The position numbers and the translations under genes were made by a program. From a virus (taxonomy: Duplodnaviria; Caudoviricetes), in the IMG/VR virus record IMGVR_UViG_3300001335_000583, positions 1-64,000 of that record: a stretch of 64,000 nt of DNA. One strand, 5' to 3'. The notes below the pieces were generated by a model. The model did not search any database. It was given only the letters and a program-made list of their open reading frames with translations, and was not told the DNA's origin. Shown here piece by piece: positions 10,400 to 24,700 of this stretch (the stretch's first letter is position 1; each line of letters begins with the position of its first letter).

Positions 10400-10741
10400 A
10401 TGGAAGAAGTAACTAATATATCTTACGAAGCGATAAGAAGATATTTTACCACTCTCAGCTCCTTTGGATATAAGAGTTACAAAGAAGTTGACAAGTTACT
10501 GGTACTCCTTTTTATAGATGATCTTCTAAAAGGATCATTAAGTCAGTACGTAACAGAGGAAGATTACAGGGTTTTAATAAGACTCCTGAATAATCTGGGA
10601 GGGACAACCTGTCTTGTTCCCTATATCCAGTTGGAAGAAACACTGCATGTATAGAACAAGAAAATAGGAAGTTTTGTGTCAACAGACTATCAAAGTGCTA
10701 GTTACCAGCTATTAGATAATACATCTTTTACAATTATCTAA
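10400..10741 (+). CDS. small conserved virion protein (tail hub-type), 113 aa (TAG=Gln)
   Basis: YEAIRRYFTTLSSFGYKSY...CLVPY. One TAG at 10652, TAA 10739-10741. Confidence 0.6.
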
Positions 10742-10784
10742 TAACCGTATTTTTTTACCTTAAATAAGTAAACCCCTTAAATCC

Positions 10785-10815
10785 TTGTGTATATGAGATA
10801 CCTTTCTTATATTGC
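10785..10815 (+). promoter_or_regulatory. Bacteroidota-type promoter (TTG-N20-TATATTGC)
   Basis: Same 20-nt spacing as at 1641 and 18129, 23 nt upstream of ATG 10838. Confidence 0.5.
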
Positions 10816-10837
10816 AAGGATTTTTTAATTTAAAGCT

Positions 10838-11767
10838 ATGAATAGTATGCAGTAGGTATTAGACCTTTTCAAGTAGAAACCCTACCTAATCCGGATGGGA
10901 GCTAAAAAGATATCAGCCATCAGTGGCTTCAGTATTAAAGATATTAAAGAAGCACGCTCTCATCTTAGACACCAGAGAAGACAGTGTTACAACTCGCAAG
11001 TTAAAATACTTATTTTTGATATCGAGACATCTCCTTTAAAAGGTTTTGTATGGAGCAGGTGGAAACAAAACATCTACCTGGATCAAACTATAGCCGAGTG
11101 GTTCATGATCTCCTGGTCAGCAAAATGGGTAGGGTCTGATATCATGTATTCTGACGTACTTACTCCTGAAGAGATTTTAAAGGAAGATGATAAAAGAATT
11201 ACCGGAGGAATTTGGAAATTACTGGATGAAGCAGATATAGTGGTTGCTCATAATGGTAAAAGATTTGACATTCCCAAGTTAAACTCCAGGTTCATCTTGA
11301 ACAGGTTAAGCCCACCAGCTCCTTACAAACAGATAGATACCAAAGAAGTGTCAGCAAGATAGTTTGGGTTTAGTTCAAACAAGTTAGACGCGTTGGCTGG
11401 CTATTTTGATATACCTCACAAGTCTGACACAAATTTCCAATTATGGGGGGATTGTTTGGAAGGAAAACAAGAAGCCCTGGATTACATGCGAAAGTACAAC
11501 GAGCAGGATGTAAGAATCCTGGAGAGGGTGTACCTCAGGCTTAGACCCTGGATAAAAAACCATCCAAACATAGCCGTGTTTATTGAATCAGACGAGATAG
11601 TTTGTCCCTATTGTGGGTCTGCCAGCCTGGTAGAAACAGACAACTACTACCCCACCCAGGTCAATAAATACAAGACTCTGCGCTGTAAAGAGTGCGGAGG
11701 TATAGCAAGGAGAAGGACTACTGCCTATCCTAAAGATAAGAGGGAAAATTTAGTAACAAGTATTTGA
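10838..11767 (+). CDS. DEDD/RNase H-like 3'-5' exonuclease with C-terminal Zn ribbon, 309 aa (TAG=Gln)
   Basis: FDIETSP, AHNGKRFD, AR(TAG)FGFSSNKLDALA, YNEQDV, CPYC...CKEC. 3 TAG. Confidence 0.8.
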
Positions 11768-11768
11768 C

Positions 11769-12455
11769 ATGGCAACGTATAAAGAGATTATTTACATGTG
11801 TCTGGATGAACTTAAAATCAATTCAGACGACTCCTATTTTGAAGAAGAACACGTTCTCTTTTTAATGGATAAGTTTCGGGCATTTCTGTTAAAGCAGAGA
11901 TACAGTGATGTGAAGAAGCAGATGGCTACGGGAAATAACCAGGCTATAGAGTTACCCCTGGTAGAGGTACCTGCCATTTCAGGAGAAGTTTGCGAGGGGG
12001 GAAGTTATTTAAAATCATCCAGTAAAATCCCCAACTTGATGCAAATCTCCAAGCCTGTAGTTTATCCTGTAGATTATTACCAGGGAGAGATAGCTTACGT
12101 GTCCAGGGACAGGATGAAATACGTGGGGTATAATAAATACCTGCAGAATATCATCTATACCTCTTTAGGACCTGACAACTACCTTTACTTTAAAAGCCCA
12201 AATCCCTAGTTTCTCTACCTGGAAAAGGTCAGGATGAATGGGGTATTTGAGGACACCCAGAAAGCTAACGAGCTTAAACCTGCTGAAGATGGAGATCCTA
12301 CAGATATCATGGATATGGATTTTCCACTCGAACATGCTTTAATTCCCCCGTTGGTAGAGTTGATAGTGAGAGAGTTACTCCCTCCTACCTACAGGCCACA
12401 GGATGAGCAGAACAATGCCAGTGATGATTTAAGCGGGTTAACTGTTAAAGAGTGA
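11769..12455 (+). CDS. tail ring protein, 228 aa (TAG=Gln)
   Basis: MATYKEIIYMCLDELK..SDD...KSPNP(TAG)FLYLEKVRMNGVFED...NNASDDL, TGA end. Confidence 0.75.
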
Positions 12456-12457
12456 TC

Positions 12458-13012
12458 ATGATTATAAACTTTGAAGATTTCAAGCAACAGGTCAGGAGAA
12501 GGAAGGGGATTAACAAGAAGCACAAGATTACCAATTCTTACGGCACTTATGATTATTTTAAGCATTACAGAAAACACAGGCCTAAGGATAAAAAATATGT
12601 TTTGAATGAATCCCAGTACTTTGCCATCGTGCGTAATGTAAATATCTTGTTGGGGGAATAGCTGGTAGAAACCAATAGTGTTACTTTCCCAAAGAAGATG
12701 GGCACCATAGAGATCAGGAAGTACTCCATCAGCCCTAAAATTGGGGAAGATGGGAAAGTGATCTTTAATGCTCCCATAGACTGGGACAAGACTTTAAAAC
12801 TATGGTTTGAAGATGAAGAGGCCCGTTAGAATAAAACTTTGATTAAGGTAGACAACAGGGAAGTATTTAGAACCATTTACAGCAGGGTTAGGGCTAACTA
12901 CAACAATAAGTCTTTTTATGCCTTCAGGCTAACCAAGGCAGTTAAGATCCAGTTAAACTAGAAAATTAAAACAGGCAGGATGGATGCCTTTGAATACATA
13001 GGAGGAATTTAA
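12458..13012 (+). CDS. crAss IHF/HU-like DNA-binding protein, 184 aa (TAG=Gln)
   Basis: HKITNSYGTYDYFKHYRK...FPKKMGTIEIRK...PIDWDKTLKLW. 3 TAG, TAA 13010-13012. Confidence 0.65.
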
Positions 13013-13014
13013 TT

Positions 13015-13683
13015 ATGGCAGATCAATATGTGAACGTGAGAATAATCCTGGATAAGATCATGAGACACCCCCTGCTGCAAGATCTCAACTTCGAGACTGT
13101 AGTAGACTATACGGTAGATTTCATGCGTATTGTAGGTGTACCCAGGATGTTTAAAAACAAGGTGGCTACTATAGAAATCTCTAACTACAGGGGTGCTTTA
13201 CCCTGTGACTGGTATGAAACAATACAGATCAGGGACCCTGAAACTTACGAGACTTACAGGTATGCTTCAGATGTCTTTCACATCAGTGAGAATAAAACTC
13301 CTGAAGTGGATTATACCTTTATGACACAGGGTAACCTGATCTATACCTCTTTGGAAGAAGGAGAGATAGAGATGGCTTACCAGGCCATTGAAACAGACAA
13401 TGATGGGTTTCCTGTAATACCGGACAATAGTAATTTCCAGAGAGCTTTAGAGGGGTATATTAAAAAACAGTATTTTACCATCATGTTTGATATGGGAAAA
13501 ATAAGTGGGTAGTCTCTTCAACAGGCTCAACAGGATTATGCCTGGGCTGTAGGTGCTGTAGAAGCAGAGTTTCACCGGTTGGATTTAAGTAAAGCTGAAA
13601 GTTTCTTTAACTCTTTCAGGACTCTTATTGTAAGAGACAAAGCGTTTCAAAGAGGGTTTAAAGGCAACGGCACTAAAGAGTAA
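13015..13683 (+). CDS. tail tubular/first ring protein, 222 aa (TAG=Gln)
   Basis: MADQYVNVRIILDKIMRHPLLQDL...LPCD...GKISG(TAG)SLQQAQQDYAWAVG. Directly precedes the muzzle gene. Confidence 0.75.
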
Positions 13684-13688
13684 TTGAT

Positions 13689-16600
13689 ATGGAAGCAAAA
13701 CAGATACAATGGATTATTACGGGAATGCAAAGGGATGTATCTCCCTCTAAGTTCAGCCCAAAGCATAGTTATGAAAATTTTAATATCAGGCTAACTGCCC
13801 GGGAGGATAGTACTTTACTTTCCATCACCAACGAGAAAGGTACTAAGCAACATACTATAACAGGTTTAACAGGGAGTACCATCTCTGGTACTTATTTGGG
13901 TTAGGGTATGATCAATAACATCATGGTAATCTTTACCAAGGATGATACAAATGATAAGATATATCGTTTGATTTATGATACAGTGGATAATAGTTTTGAA
14001 GGAGAGATCTATTACGAGGGGTAGCTTGGATTTGACAGGGAATATCCCATCGAAACTATCAGCGTGTATGAGAATGAAGATATACAGAAAGTCTATTTTG
14101 TAGATGGTTTAAACCAGCCCAGGATGATCAATGTATCCCTCTCTATGGATTCAACCAAGTTCAGTGATACTTTTTTTGACTTTGTAGCTACCCTGCAATT
14201 AAAGGAAACTGTTTCTGTTTTGAGAGATTCCAGGGCTGTTGGTAATTTCGCTCCTGGCACCATACAGTATGCTTTTACCTACTTCAACACCTATGGGCAG
14301 GAAAGTAATATCTTCTATACAACTCCTTTAAGGTATATTTCTTTCAACGAGAGGGGGGCTAGTCCCGAGGACAAGGTTAGTAACAGTTTTAATATCTAGG
14401 TACAGGACCTGGATACCTCTTTTGACTACCTGAGAATTTACTCTATACACAGGACTAGTCTAGAGGCTACTCCCACTGTTTTAAAAGTGGTAGACTTGTT
14501 TATTGATGACGGAACTACTTCTTTATCCTACATGGATTCTGGTATTACAGGAAGCACTATAGATCCTGCCCAGTTCCTCTTTATAGGAGGGGAAACTATT
14601 GTAGCAGGTACATTGACCCATAAAGATAACACCTTGTTTTTGGGTGATATTACTTTAAGCAGGAAGACAGTACCATCTTCTGTAAGAGACGCTTTAGAGG
14701 GAGGAACTATCACCTGGTCTGTAAACAATCCTAACAGGGCTTTCGAGATACCTACCTCCAAGAATTACTATTCTTATGATAATAGCCTGAACTCAGGACA
14801 TGAGTTTATCAGTACTTTTAAATACCTGGACTGGTACAGGTTTGGGATACAGTTCCAGCATTACACGGGTAAATGGTCAGAAACCTTATGGGTTAATGAT
14901 GACCAGAATACACGGCCTGTACGAACTGAACTGGTTGAAAATGTTCTTTATCCCGCACTCTCTTAGATCAGGATAAAACTTACACAAGCTTCTTATACAT
15001 TTAGTAACAATGCCCAGATAGAGCTTTTAGTGGAACAGGGTTACATTCGTGCAAGAGGGGTTATCTGTTTCCCTACCCTCACAGACAGGGAAGTTGTGGC
15101 CCAGGGTGTACTGGCTCCAACCGTTTATAACGTGCAAGACAGGGCTGGTAACTCCCCCTTTTCATAGTCTTCCTGGTTTTTCAGGCCTAATTCTCCTTTT
15201 GATTATACCGCGGCTATGGCTGGATCAGGAGACTGGGCTGATTGGTATAATCCATCAATAGACAGTATCAATTCAAAAGCAGGGATGTGGACTAACGATG
15301 TAGTCGTTCAGGGAGATCTTGTAAACGAGGGAGCCTGGGCAGAGTTTAGACACAACTATCCCATTCCTGATAACCACCAGAGAAATGCAGAGATTCAGTG
15401 TATAATGAATCCCCCGGACAATCCTTATACAGATGGGTTCACTGCCGCGGAGCTAACTCTTTACACTTCTTCTAACGCGGAGTATTTCTATGTGGATCAA
15501 TCCATTGTAACATTCCATTCCCCTGATATAGAGTTTGATGACAGGGTCAGGGACTTAGCTACTTCCAATCTAAAACTTCGTATTGTAGGGATGGCACCTT
15601 TTTCAGCCAATGCTTCAGATTTGGATATTATCACTTCTACCCAGCAGAACTCTTATGTAAAGCGTCCTCAGACTAAACCTATAGGCTTTTACAAGGAACT
15701 CATAGGAAGTCAAAATCTTTCTTAGTTTGGATGGAGAGGTATGCTTACAGGAGCTTTCTGGTTGGATGAACTCTCCAACTATAAATCTACAGGGATGAAT
15801 GAAGATATGAATACTTTCGGATTCATGGTATATCCCTGGCATCGTAGTGGTTCCCTTAATAACTACGGAGTACCTTTAGCAGATGCTACACGCAGTGCCA
15901 TGCTGGATAAAAAGAAAATGTCTAACCTCAGGTATTCCTTTAATTCCTATTATTATTATGCTTCAGATGTATGGTATGCTTAGATTGATGATGTGGAACA
16001 CTATGAATATTTAGAAAAAAGGGGTATATCTGGTGTAACTATTTTTGACTCTGACCAGGTGTCCATGATAAAGGTACCTGCTCCTCAAAACTCCCCTTTA
16101 AGTGATATTAATTATTACGGGAATGTAGATAAACTGGTTAATGTAGGTATGACCACTCCCGAGAAGAAACTAGGCTATCCCATTGTAACCACTGGTTTCT
16201 ATAAGATAGAAGCTGATTCAGCGGGTGGCTACCATACTCTCTTTTCAGGAGATCCTATCTCCGTGGATAATGAAGCAAATCCTTTTGTCATTAGTGAATT
16301 GACTAATGATACTTACGGTACAGAACCTGTACACATGAAATACAAGTCAACAGCTCATGCCGTGATAGCTTTAAATTATACCATAAATGCTACCCAAGCC
16401 GGTAGTGCCCAAAGGGTACTTCCTACTGTTACAGAGATAGATGGGCATATTCTGCGGCATGCCAATCCTGTATAGTCACCTCCAACAGGTAATAGGCCCT
16501 TCTGGGATAAAGATACTCACGTAATTTCACAGGATGTCATATCTGCTCCTTACATTGTAGAGCCTCCTTCTATCTTGGGAGGAAGCAATGGTAGGTTAAG

Positions 16601-18071
16601 ATATGGATTTCTCTGGCTGGCTGAATTATACAACGATACTATAACCAACAGGTTTGGCGGGTAGACCCAGGAAGCTTTTGAAAACAACTTGTGGTTACCT
16701 GGGGGAGAACCAGTAAGTCTATTAGATGAAGAGGGTTTTTCTAAATCTTCCATCACGGTGGATTACACTTTGGGAGATACTTTTTACCAGAGGTATGATT
16801 GTCTTAAAACCTATCCTTTTACTTTAGAGGACACCAACAGCGTGGTAGACATCGCTTCTTTCATGTGTGAAACCAGGATTAATATGGATGGAAGGTATGA
16901 CAGGAACAGGGGATAGATTAGTAACTTGGTCATGACTCCTGAGAATTTCAACAAGATGAATCCTGTATACTCACAGTCTGATAACTTTTTTAATTACAAA
17001 ACCCTGAACTACAACAGGTTTTCTTTGGATACTTTTCCCAATACAGTAACCTGGAGTAAGTCCAAAACTTCAGGAGATCTTATAGATACCTGGACCAACA
17101 TCAACGTGGTGTCTGTACTAGACATGGATGGGGACAAGGGAAATGTAGTAGCTCTTAGAAGATTTAACAACGAGATCTTTTGTTTCCAGGAGACAGGGGT
17201 AAGCAGGATTCTTTTTAACTCCAGGGTACAGGTTCCTACCTCAGATGGTACACCCATTGAAATATCCAATAACTACAAGGTGGATGGAAAAATATACGTC
17301 TCGGAAGATATTGGATGCAAGAATAAATGGTCTATCGTGACTACCCAACAGGGGATCTATTTCATTGATAACAACACGGATTCTATTTATATTTTCAACG
17401 GGTAGAACATAGAGAATGTCTCGGATGCTTATGGGTTCAGAACTTTCCTGCAGGACAACAATAGTGCGGAGGTATGGGATAGTTTCAACTTTGATAATTT
17501 TATCAGTTTCAAGGATAAAAAGAACAGGGATATTTACTTTATAAACAGTGAATACTGCCTGGGATATTCAGAAATTTTGAAACAGTTTACATCCTTTTAC
17601 AGTTATGAAAAGGTTCCATTAATGTTTAATAATGGAAGCAGGTGGTTCTCTTTAAAGGATGGCAAGATCTGGGAACATGGGGCCGGGCATTACAATCTCT
17701 TCTATGATGAAATCAAACCCTATTCTATCACCCTGATTGCCAATCCTGACATAGATAAGGATAAAACATTCAGCACGGTATAGTTTAAAGCTGATAGCTA
17801 CATGGGAGACACCTACCTACCTAATGAAACTTTCAACCATTTCTCTATATGGAATGAGTATCAGGAAGGGTCAGTAGACTTAAACACACGAAGGGGTTAT
17901 CCTTCCAGCCTGAAAAAGAAGTTTAGGTATTGGAATATCAACATACCCAGGGATAGAGCCAACTTCAGGGACAGGATTAGAAATCCCTGGGCTTTTATAA
18001 AGTTGGAGAATACAGACCCGGGAGTATATAAAACACAGTTACACGACGTGGTTTTACAGTATTTTATTTAA
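13689..18071 (+). CDS. tail stabilization/muzzle protein, 1460 aa (TAG=Gln)
   Basis: Ten track ORFs share one frame, joined by 12 TAG. YENEDIQKVYFVDGLNQPR, NSPFS(TAG)SSWFFRP, NRFGG(TAG)TQEAFENN, YQRYDCLKTYP, KKKFRYW, RDRIRNPW. TAA 18069-18071. Confidence 0.85.
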
Positions 18072-18074
18072 TTC

Positions 18075-18112
18075 GTTAGGGTGAGTAAGTACTTTTATCT
18101 GCTCACCCTAAC
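18075..18112 (+). terminator. hairpin / probable terminator after the muzzle gene
   Basis: GTTAGGGTGAG...CTCACCCTAAC inverted repeat with a weak U tract. Confidence 0.5.
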
Positions 18113-18128
18113 TGATTTATATAATCCA

Positions 18129-18159
18129 TTGTAAATGTAATTAATATTACATATTTTTG
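18129..18159 (+). promoter_or_regulatory. Bacteroidota-type promoter (TTG-N20-TATTTTTG) for cargo genes
   Basis: Exact TAnnTTTG with a 20-nt spacer. Shares ATTGTAAA...ATTACATAYTTTTG with the 1641 promoter. Confidence 0.65.
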
Positions 18160-18180
18160 ATACTAAATACTTAATTGGCT

Positions 18181-20046
18181 ATGACAAATAAAAAAGTTAA
18201 GAGAAGGAGTAAAGTTCCTTTTAATATATATGCCGGAGGAGGTTGGGCTGGCTTGACTGGTGCTCAAAAAGGAGGTGTTATTTCCGGAGGTATAGGAGTA
18301 GTAACCAATGCCTTGAAACAGGCTTAGATTGCAGACACTACCGGCATTGAGAGCAGTATATCCCAGCAAAACAATTCTGTAGTAGAGGCAAACAGTAATG
18401 AATCTCTTTTAGACGAATGGGCAAACTATTCTAATCTGGATAGAGTCAAAGAGAAAGATCTGAGAATGGGAAGTGTAGGAGGAGGAATGCTTTCAGGTGC
18501 TGGGACAGGGGCTGCAGCTGGAGCTGCATTAGGCCCTATAGGAGCACTTGCAGGTGCAGGGATTGGAGCGGCTGTTTCTGGCATAGGCAGTCTTATTGGG
18601 AGAAAAAGGGCTAATAATAAAGCACAAGATCTTAATAAAGATGTAGAAGCAGCCAATTTAAGGAGATTATCTGGGTTTCAAAATAAGGCTATGGGTATTG
18701 ACAAGATGAATGATTAGAATCTCATGGCTGGTTATTTTGTAGAAGGGGGAGATTTAAATAATGGAGTTTCCTTCATTGATGAAGGAGGTACACATGAACA
18801 GAATCCTTTACGGGGAGTACCTATGGGTATGGGAGAAAATGGTAAACCCAACCTGGTAGAAGAGGGTGAAGTAAAATTCAAAGACTACATTTTTAGCAAT
18901 AGATTATATGCAGATAAAGAGACTTTAGAGGCTACGGGCCTGGGCAATAAATATGCTAATCATAGTTTTGCTAAAATAGCAGAGAGCCTTTCCAAAGAAT
19001 CCAGAGAAAGACCCAATGACCCCATCAGTAAAAGAGGTCTTTTGGACAATATGACTAAATTAACCCAAGTACAAGAACAGTATAAGATGAAGACAAACAA
19101 GAACAATAAATCCAACCAGTTTGCCTGGGGAGACATGCTCCCAATGAGAAGTATAGATGGTAAAGTACCTGGATATCCTGATTATATGGGAGGAGTAGTA
19201 GGAGGCTTTGCATGGCCTGGATATGGGGATAAAACTCCCAACTTAACTTCTATGAATACGGAATTAGATACTACCTTAGATACAAATAAGCTCAATGCTA
19301 AGGTAGAAGATAATGAGCAGTATGTTGAAGGTAATAGCTCTTCTGGATAGGGGCTCAATGCAAGTATGTTAAGATACGCCCCTGTTGTAGGTTCTGGTAT
19401 AGGAGTCCTTACAGATATATTCGGAGTAACTAATAAACCAGATTATAGAAATGCTGATATGGCTTTGGGATCTTATAAGCCTGTATCAGCTCAACCTTTG
19501 GGAGATTACATGTCTTACAATCCTTTAGACAGGGATTATTATACGAACAAACTCAACAAGCAATCTGCATCTACAAGAGACACTATCATCAATACCTCCG
19601 GGGGAAACAGGGCTACTGCCATGGCTGGATTACTTTCTGCAGACAGGAATAGTCAGGATGCTATGGGAGATCTGTTCAGAAGGGCAGAAGAGTTTAATTT
19701 AGGGTAGAAGGAAAAGGTAAAAACCTTTAACAGGGGAACCAACCAGTATAACTCCGAGAGTGCTTTAAGGGCAGACTCTATTAACAACCAGATGAGAATG
19801 GATGCGAGCAGGACTTCTGCTACGCTGAGAGACAGGGAAAAAGAGAGAACTGATTCAGCCAGGTCTGTTAATCTGACCAACTTCTTTGATAACCTGGGAG
19901 GTATAGGAAAAGAATCAGCCACCAAAGAGATGATTAACTCTAATCCTGCCTATTACTACGAGTGGATTCGTAATAAAATGGGATACAAAGGGGAGGGTGA
20001 AAATCAGGCCTACGGAGGTAATTTAAAAACTAAAAAAAGACGTTGA
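18181..20046 (+). CDS. ejected cargo protein 1 (Gly-zipper membrane segment), 621 aa (TAG=Gln)
   Basis: GAGTGAAAGAALGPIGALAGAGIG hydrophobic segment, GGTHEQNPLRGVPMG, NLVEEGEV, DPISKRGL, LRYAP, NRATAMAGLLSAD. 4 TAG, TGA end. Confidence 0.8.
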
Positions 20047-20047
20047 T

Positions 20048-21778
20048 ATGGCTACAGTGATAGGAAGTAAATTTCAACCATTTACATATCAGGAGTTACT
20101 GGCTCCTGTAGAAACAGCTACTACAGCTCACATGGATCTGGAGAATCAATTTGGACAGGTCCAGGCAGAATCAGGATTGCTTGAAAATTTAATTAATCCT
20201 GAAAGAGACGTCTATGCTTCTTAGTTGTATTCTAATTACAATAAAGATCTGCACGATCGAATAAATATTTTATCCAAGGAGGGTCTTAATCCTACCAGTA
20301 GGAAACAATTAATGGAGATGAAAGGGAGGTATTCCAAGGAGATTGTACCTATTCAAAGTGCTTACCAGAGAAGACAGGATATACTGAAACAACAGGAAGA
20401 TTAGTTCAAAAAAGATCCTACTACTCTATTAGATAAAAGAGCAGAAGACTTTAGTTTAGATGAGTTAATCAAGAATCCTAATTCTACTTATAGTGCTTAT
20501 TCAGGAGCAGTTTTAACCCAACAAGTAGCACAGGGAGCAAAGCAACTGGCTACTTAGATGCGTAATAATCCTACCAAATGGGAGAGTATTTTAGGGGGAC
20601 AGTATTTTCAAGCCATTAAACAGAGGGGGTTCAGGCCTCAGGATATAGTACAGGCTTTAGCCAGTAATCCTGATGCAGCCCCTGAATTGACTGGTCTGGT
20701 AGAACAAACTATAGAGAGTTCTGGAATAAAGAATTGGGGAGATGAGAATACTATACAAAGAGCCTACGAGTTTGCTCAACAAGGATTGTGGGAAGCTGTG
20801 GGAGAAGAAAAAGATGATATACTCCAAGACAGAGGTTATGTGAGTCCCTATGATTTATGGAAAGCAAATAAAGGCGAGGAACCTGCAGAGATGGACTTGC
20901 CTTTTACCTTAATCCCGTAGACAACTGTGGATAAAGATGCTATTAAAGGGTTAGATCCGTAGAAACTGGAATAGGACATGGCTTTTGTAGATAAAATTAT
21001 GAGTCGCCCTGAGTTTTTAAATACAGAAGGAAACTTTTCAGAAACTGATCCTGATGATCCTACCTTTCAAATCCTGGAAGGAACAAAACCTGTTTCTTAT
21101 GGTTAGGATGATCCTACTATAGCTCGCAGAGAAAAGGAGTGGGAGAAACAAAGGAAAGATTTCTTTATAGGACAGGATATGCCTAATAAAGAAAACACCC
21201 AGGTACATTCTGAACATTTAAGACAATTGATGGGATAGTACGGAGTGAATAACCCATCCGAATTAAGAGATGCTATTATGGATATGTCGCAAAGAGGGGC
21301 TTATGTACAGAGTCATTATCAGTTTGAAAAGACTGACAATGAGCTGGCCTATGATAAACTTTTAGATAGGATAAATAGCTATGGAGCAGTAAATGGTAAC
21401 ACTGGAGTATTTAAAGTCAGGAAAGATGGTAGTAGGGAAAGAAAGTCCTTAAATCAAAAAGATGTAGAAGAACTATTCACTGCAAAAGAAAATGGCAGGC
21501 TTACTATACTTCACAATACTAATACCAACAGGTATGAATTTGTAAGGGATGGCAGTACTTATTCTTTCGATGTTAATGTAGTAGACCCCAGTGGAACTAT
21601 CAATCAAAGATTACAAGTAGATAAAGATTTATCAAGGCTTATGGAAGAGAATAAAAACAATCTGCCTGCATACAGGCAACTATCTGCCTTATATACAAAC
21701 AATGCTTTACAGATGAATAAACTCTTTGGTTCACTGTTAAATGACTTTTCTAAAAAACAAGGAATTTCAGGAGAATAA
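20048..21778 (+). CDS. ejected cargo protein, 576 aa (TAG=Gln)
   Basis: MATVIGSKFQPFTYQELLAP N-terminus typical of the crAss cargo gene. 8 in-frame TAG, TAA 21776-21778. Confidence 0.75.
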
Positions 21779-21780
21779 TT

Positions 21781-24700
21781 ATGACAAACGAAAATAAAAT
21801 AGCAGATCCTTCAAAAGAAGGAATAGGGGGGATTCGAGGTTTAAAGGTAGATAAAACCCAGCAAACTATAGATAGTATCGCGAATAAACTTCTTTAGCTG
21901 AACTTACCAAATGAAGCTGCTTTTAAAAACTTTAAAGAGGCTTCTATTTTAAATACTCCTAACAAGAGGTATGTAGGAACCCCCGGATTAGGAGAAAGTG
22001 GGTTAGACTATGATATAACTCAGGAACAACAACTTCTTAATTTAGATAATACCCGTGGAGAATTACAACCCTGGTACACACAAATTAGAAATGGTGTGGC
22101 TAAAGGGGCTGTACTGGCAGGGACTACTTTTGCAGATGGTTTCGGGGGTACTCTTATGGGAGCTTTAAATGTGCTGGGAAATATGGATGAAATTGCTCAA
22201 AGTGATAATTCCCTGAGGGAATTAGGTGATCAGTTCATAAACAATCCTTTTAGTACAACTATGCAGGCCATCAATGATAAAGCTGAAGAGTTGTTGCCAA
22301 ATTATTATACAGAGGCAGAGCAAACTTAGCCCTGGTGGAACCATGTATTTACTTCTAACTTTTTGGGAGATAAGTTCCTTAAAAACTTCGGGTTTGTAGT
22401 AGGGGCTGCTTACAGTGCCAAGGCTACAGCAGGGCTTGCAGCCAAAGCCATGAACCTTAAAAATGTTAGAAATGCTTTTAAAGGAGCTGTCACAACTGCT
22501 TCAGGGAGATTATTAAACAGTGGGGATGAAATCTACCAAGCCTATAGATCCGGAGATGCCTTTATTGACGGTGCCAAGCTTATGGATGATATGGGCAAAG
22601 CTGCAAAGAAGTTAAAAAATGCAGAGTGGGGACTTAAAACGATAGGATCTGTCAATGCAGCTATGGGAGAAGGCAGGATTGAAGCTATTGGTAATTCCAA
22701 AGAATGGTCTGAACTACAACATGCTCACGCGGAGGATAAGTTAAAAACAGATATAGACAGTCTTGAATCTCAACTTTATCAGGAACATCCAGAGTGGTTT
22801 CAGACTGTGGTAACACCTGAAGGAGATGTAGATGTGAGGTTAAATCACCCGGAAGGAGTGGCTGAATGGGAAAGAAGAAAAAGTGAAGTAGAGACAAATC
22901 ATAACAAGACTTTAGAGGAGATCTCCAAGCAAAGAGCTTCTATGGCTAACTCTATGTTTCTGATGAACACGGGGCTTCTTTCTGCAAGTAACATGTGGCA
23001 GTTTGGAAGGTTTATTTCGGGTGGATATAACTCAGGCAGGATAGCTAAAAACCTGGTTACAGGTTCTTTAAAAGATGGCTACAAAGCTTCTGGCAAAGAG
23101 GCTAATAAAGCCTTGTTAAAAGCTGTATCCAATCCTTTTATGGAAGCACAGGAGGAGATGTCCCAGGCTTTAATTTCAGAAGCTACAGGGATGAAATCAG
23201 CTGCTGCAGTTAATAGTTTTCATGGAGCCAAGATTGATCCAGAAGCAGAAGAAGAAACTATAGGATGGTTAAATGCTTTAAAGGATGGTTTTTCCAATAC
23301 TTACGGGGATGTTCATGCCTGGGAAGAGGGTTTACTGGGATTTTTAACAGGCTCCATAGGTATGCCTGGTGTTAAGACCAAGACTAATGCACAGGGAAAA
23401 CAGGGTAAAGCCCTGACACTCCAGGGAGAGCTTTGGGACAATCTAAAAGAGTCCAAACAACTCAGGGAAGAGGCTAAAACAGTAGCAGAGGCTCTGAATG
23501 AAAGAGTACAGTCTCCCGAATTTGTCAACTACTACCAGGGTATGATACGACACAATAAGTATCAGAAAGATATGGATAAGTTCCTGGAAGAAGGAAACAA
23601 CTTCGAGTTTAAAAACTCCCAGCACTCCCAGATGCTTTCTGATATCGTGATGTTTGAAAAGGCAGGAAGGATAGAAGATTTATATGATATTATACAGGAA
23701 GCGGGCAGTGTCACCAATGAAGATGCTTAGCAGATCAGGGAACAGGCTGTAGTTAAAGGTATAAACAAAGAGATCTTTGCAGATAAAACAGACGAGCAGG
23801 TTATTGACCATGTAAAGAAACAGGCCGAAGAGTTGAAGGAGAAAGTAGAGCTTTATCAAAAGGTCTCTTCTGATTTAAAAAGCGTGTATGGGGAAGATCT
23901 TTCTGAAGAGTTTCTGGAAGAGATGACCTGGATGACTACCCAGCAACAGGATTGGGAAAAGAGGTTTAAATCCCTTTATGAAGATGTCAGTAAAGATCTG
24001 GATGATGTCATTATTAAGAATAAGAATCTTAAAATAGGAAGATTAAACTCCCTCAGTCCCAAGCAACTGCTGGATAATATGGCCAGGGAAGATGTTTTGA
24101 AAGTCCTGGATGGGGAGAGAATACGTCTTGAACAAGACAAGGATAAATCTGTTCGGAACAGACAACTCTATCAAAACCTGGAAGATATGGTCAATATCTT
24201 TCAAGCCAGGGGTCAGATGATTGATAAGTTTCAACAACTATCCAAGAATCCAGGGGTGTTTACCCAACAAACTCAGGACAGGATAAAGCAGATTATTGAG
24301 CAAAAAGCCCAGGAATAGATTGATAACACCGCGTCTACTTTGGAAGGAGTTACCACTGTTGCAGAGGTAAGGAATGGACTGAGAGATCTTGATGAGAAGG
24401 TCCGGGTAAAAGTAGTGGATAAGTTAAAAAAGAGTGAGAACCCCAACCTGGCTACTGTGTTTAAAAACTATGAGGATCTGGAGACAATGCAGTCTGGTGT
24501 AGAGGACTATGTTTTAAGAACAGAGGGGTCTCAGGGATTAGAAGATGCCAAAGAGGTTCTGGACCAAGCTATCGGGACTAATGAGTCTGTAGAAGACGTA
24601 CAAGCTGCAGTACAAGCAACAATCAAACAGTACCAGGAAGTTATATCTCAAGAGAAGAAAAAGGGTGCAGATAGTACAGAGATGAAAAGAGATGTAATCT

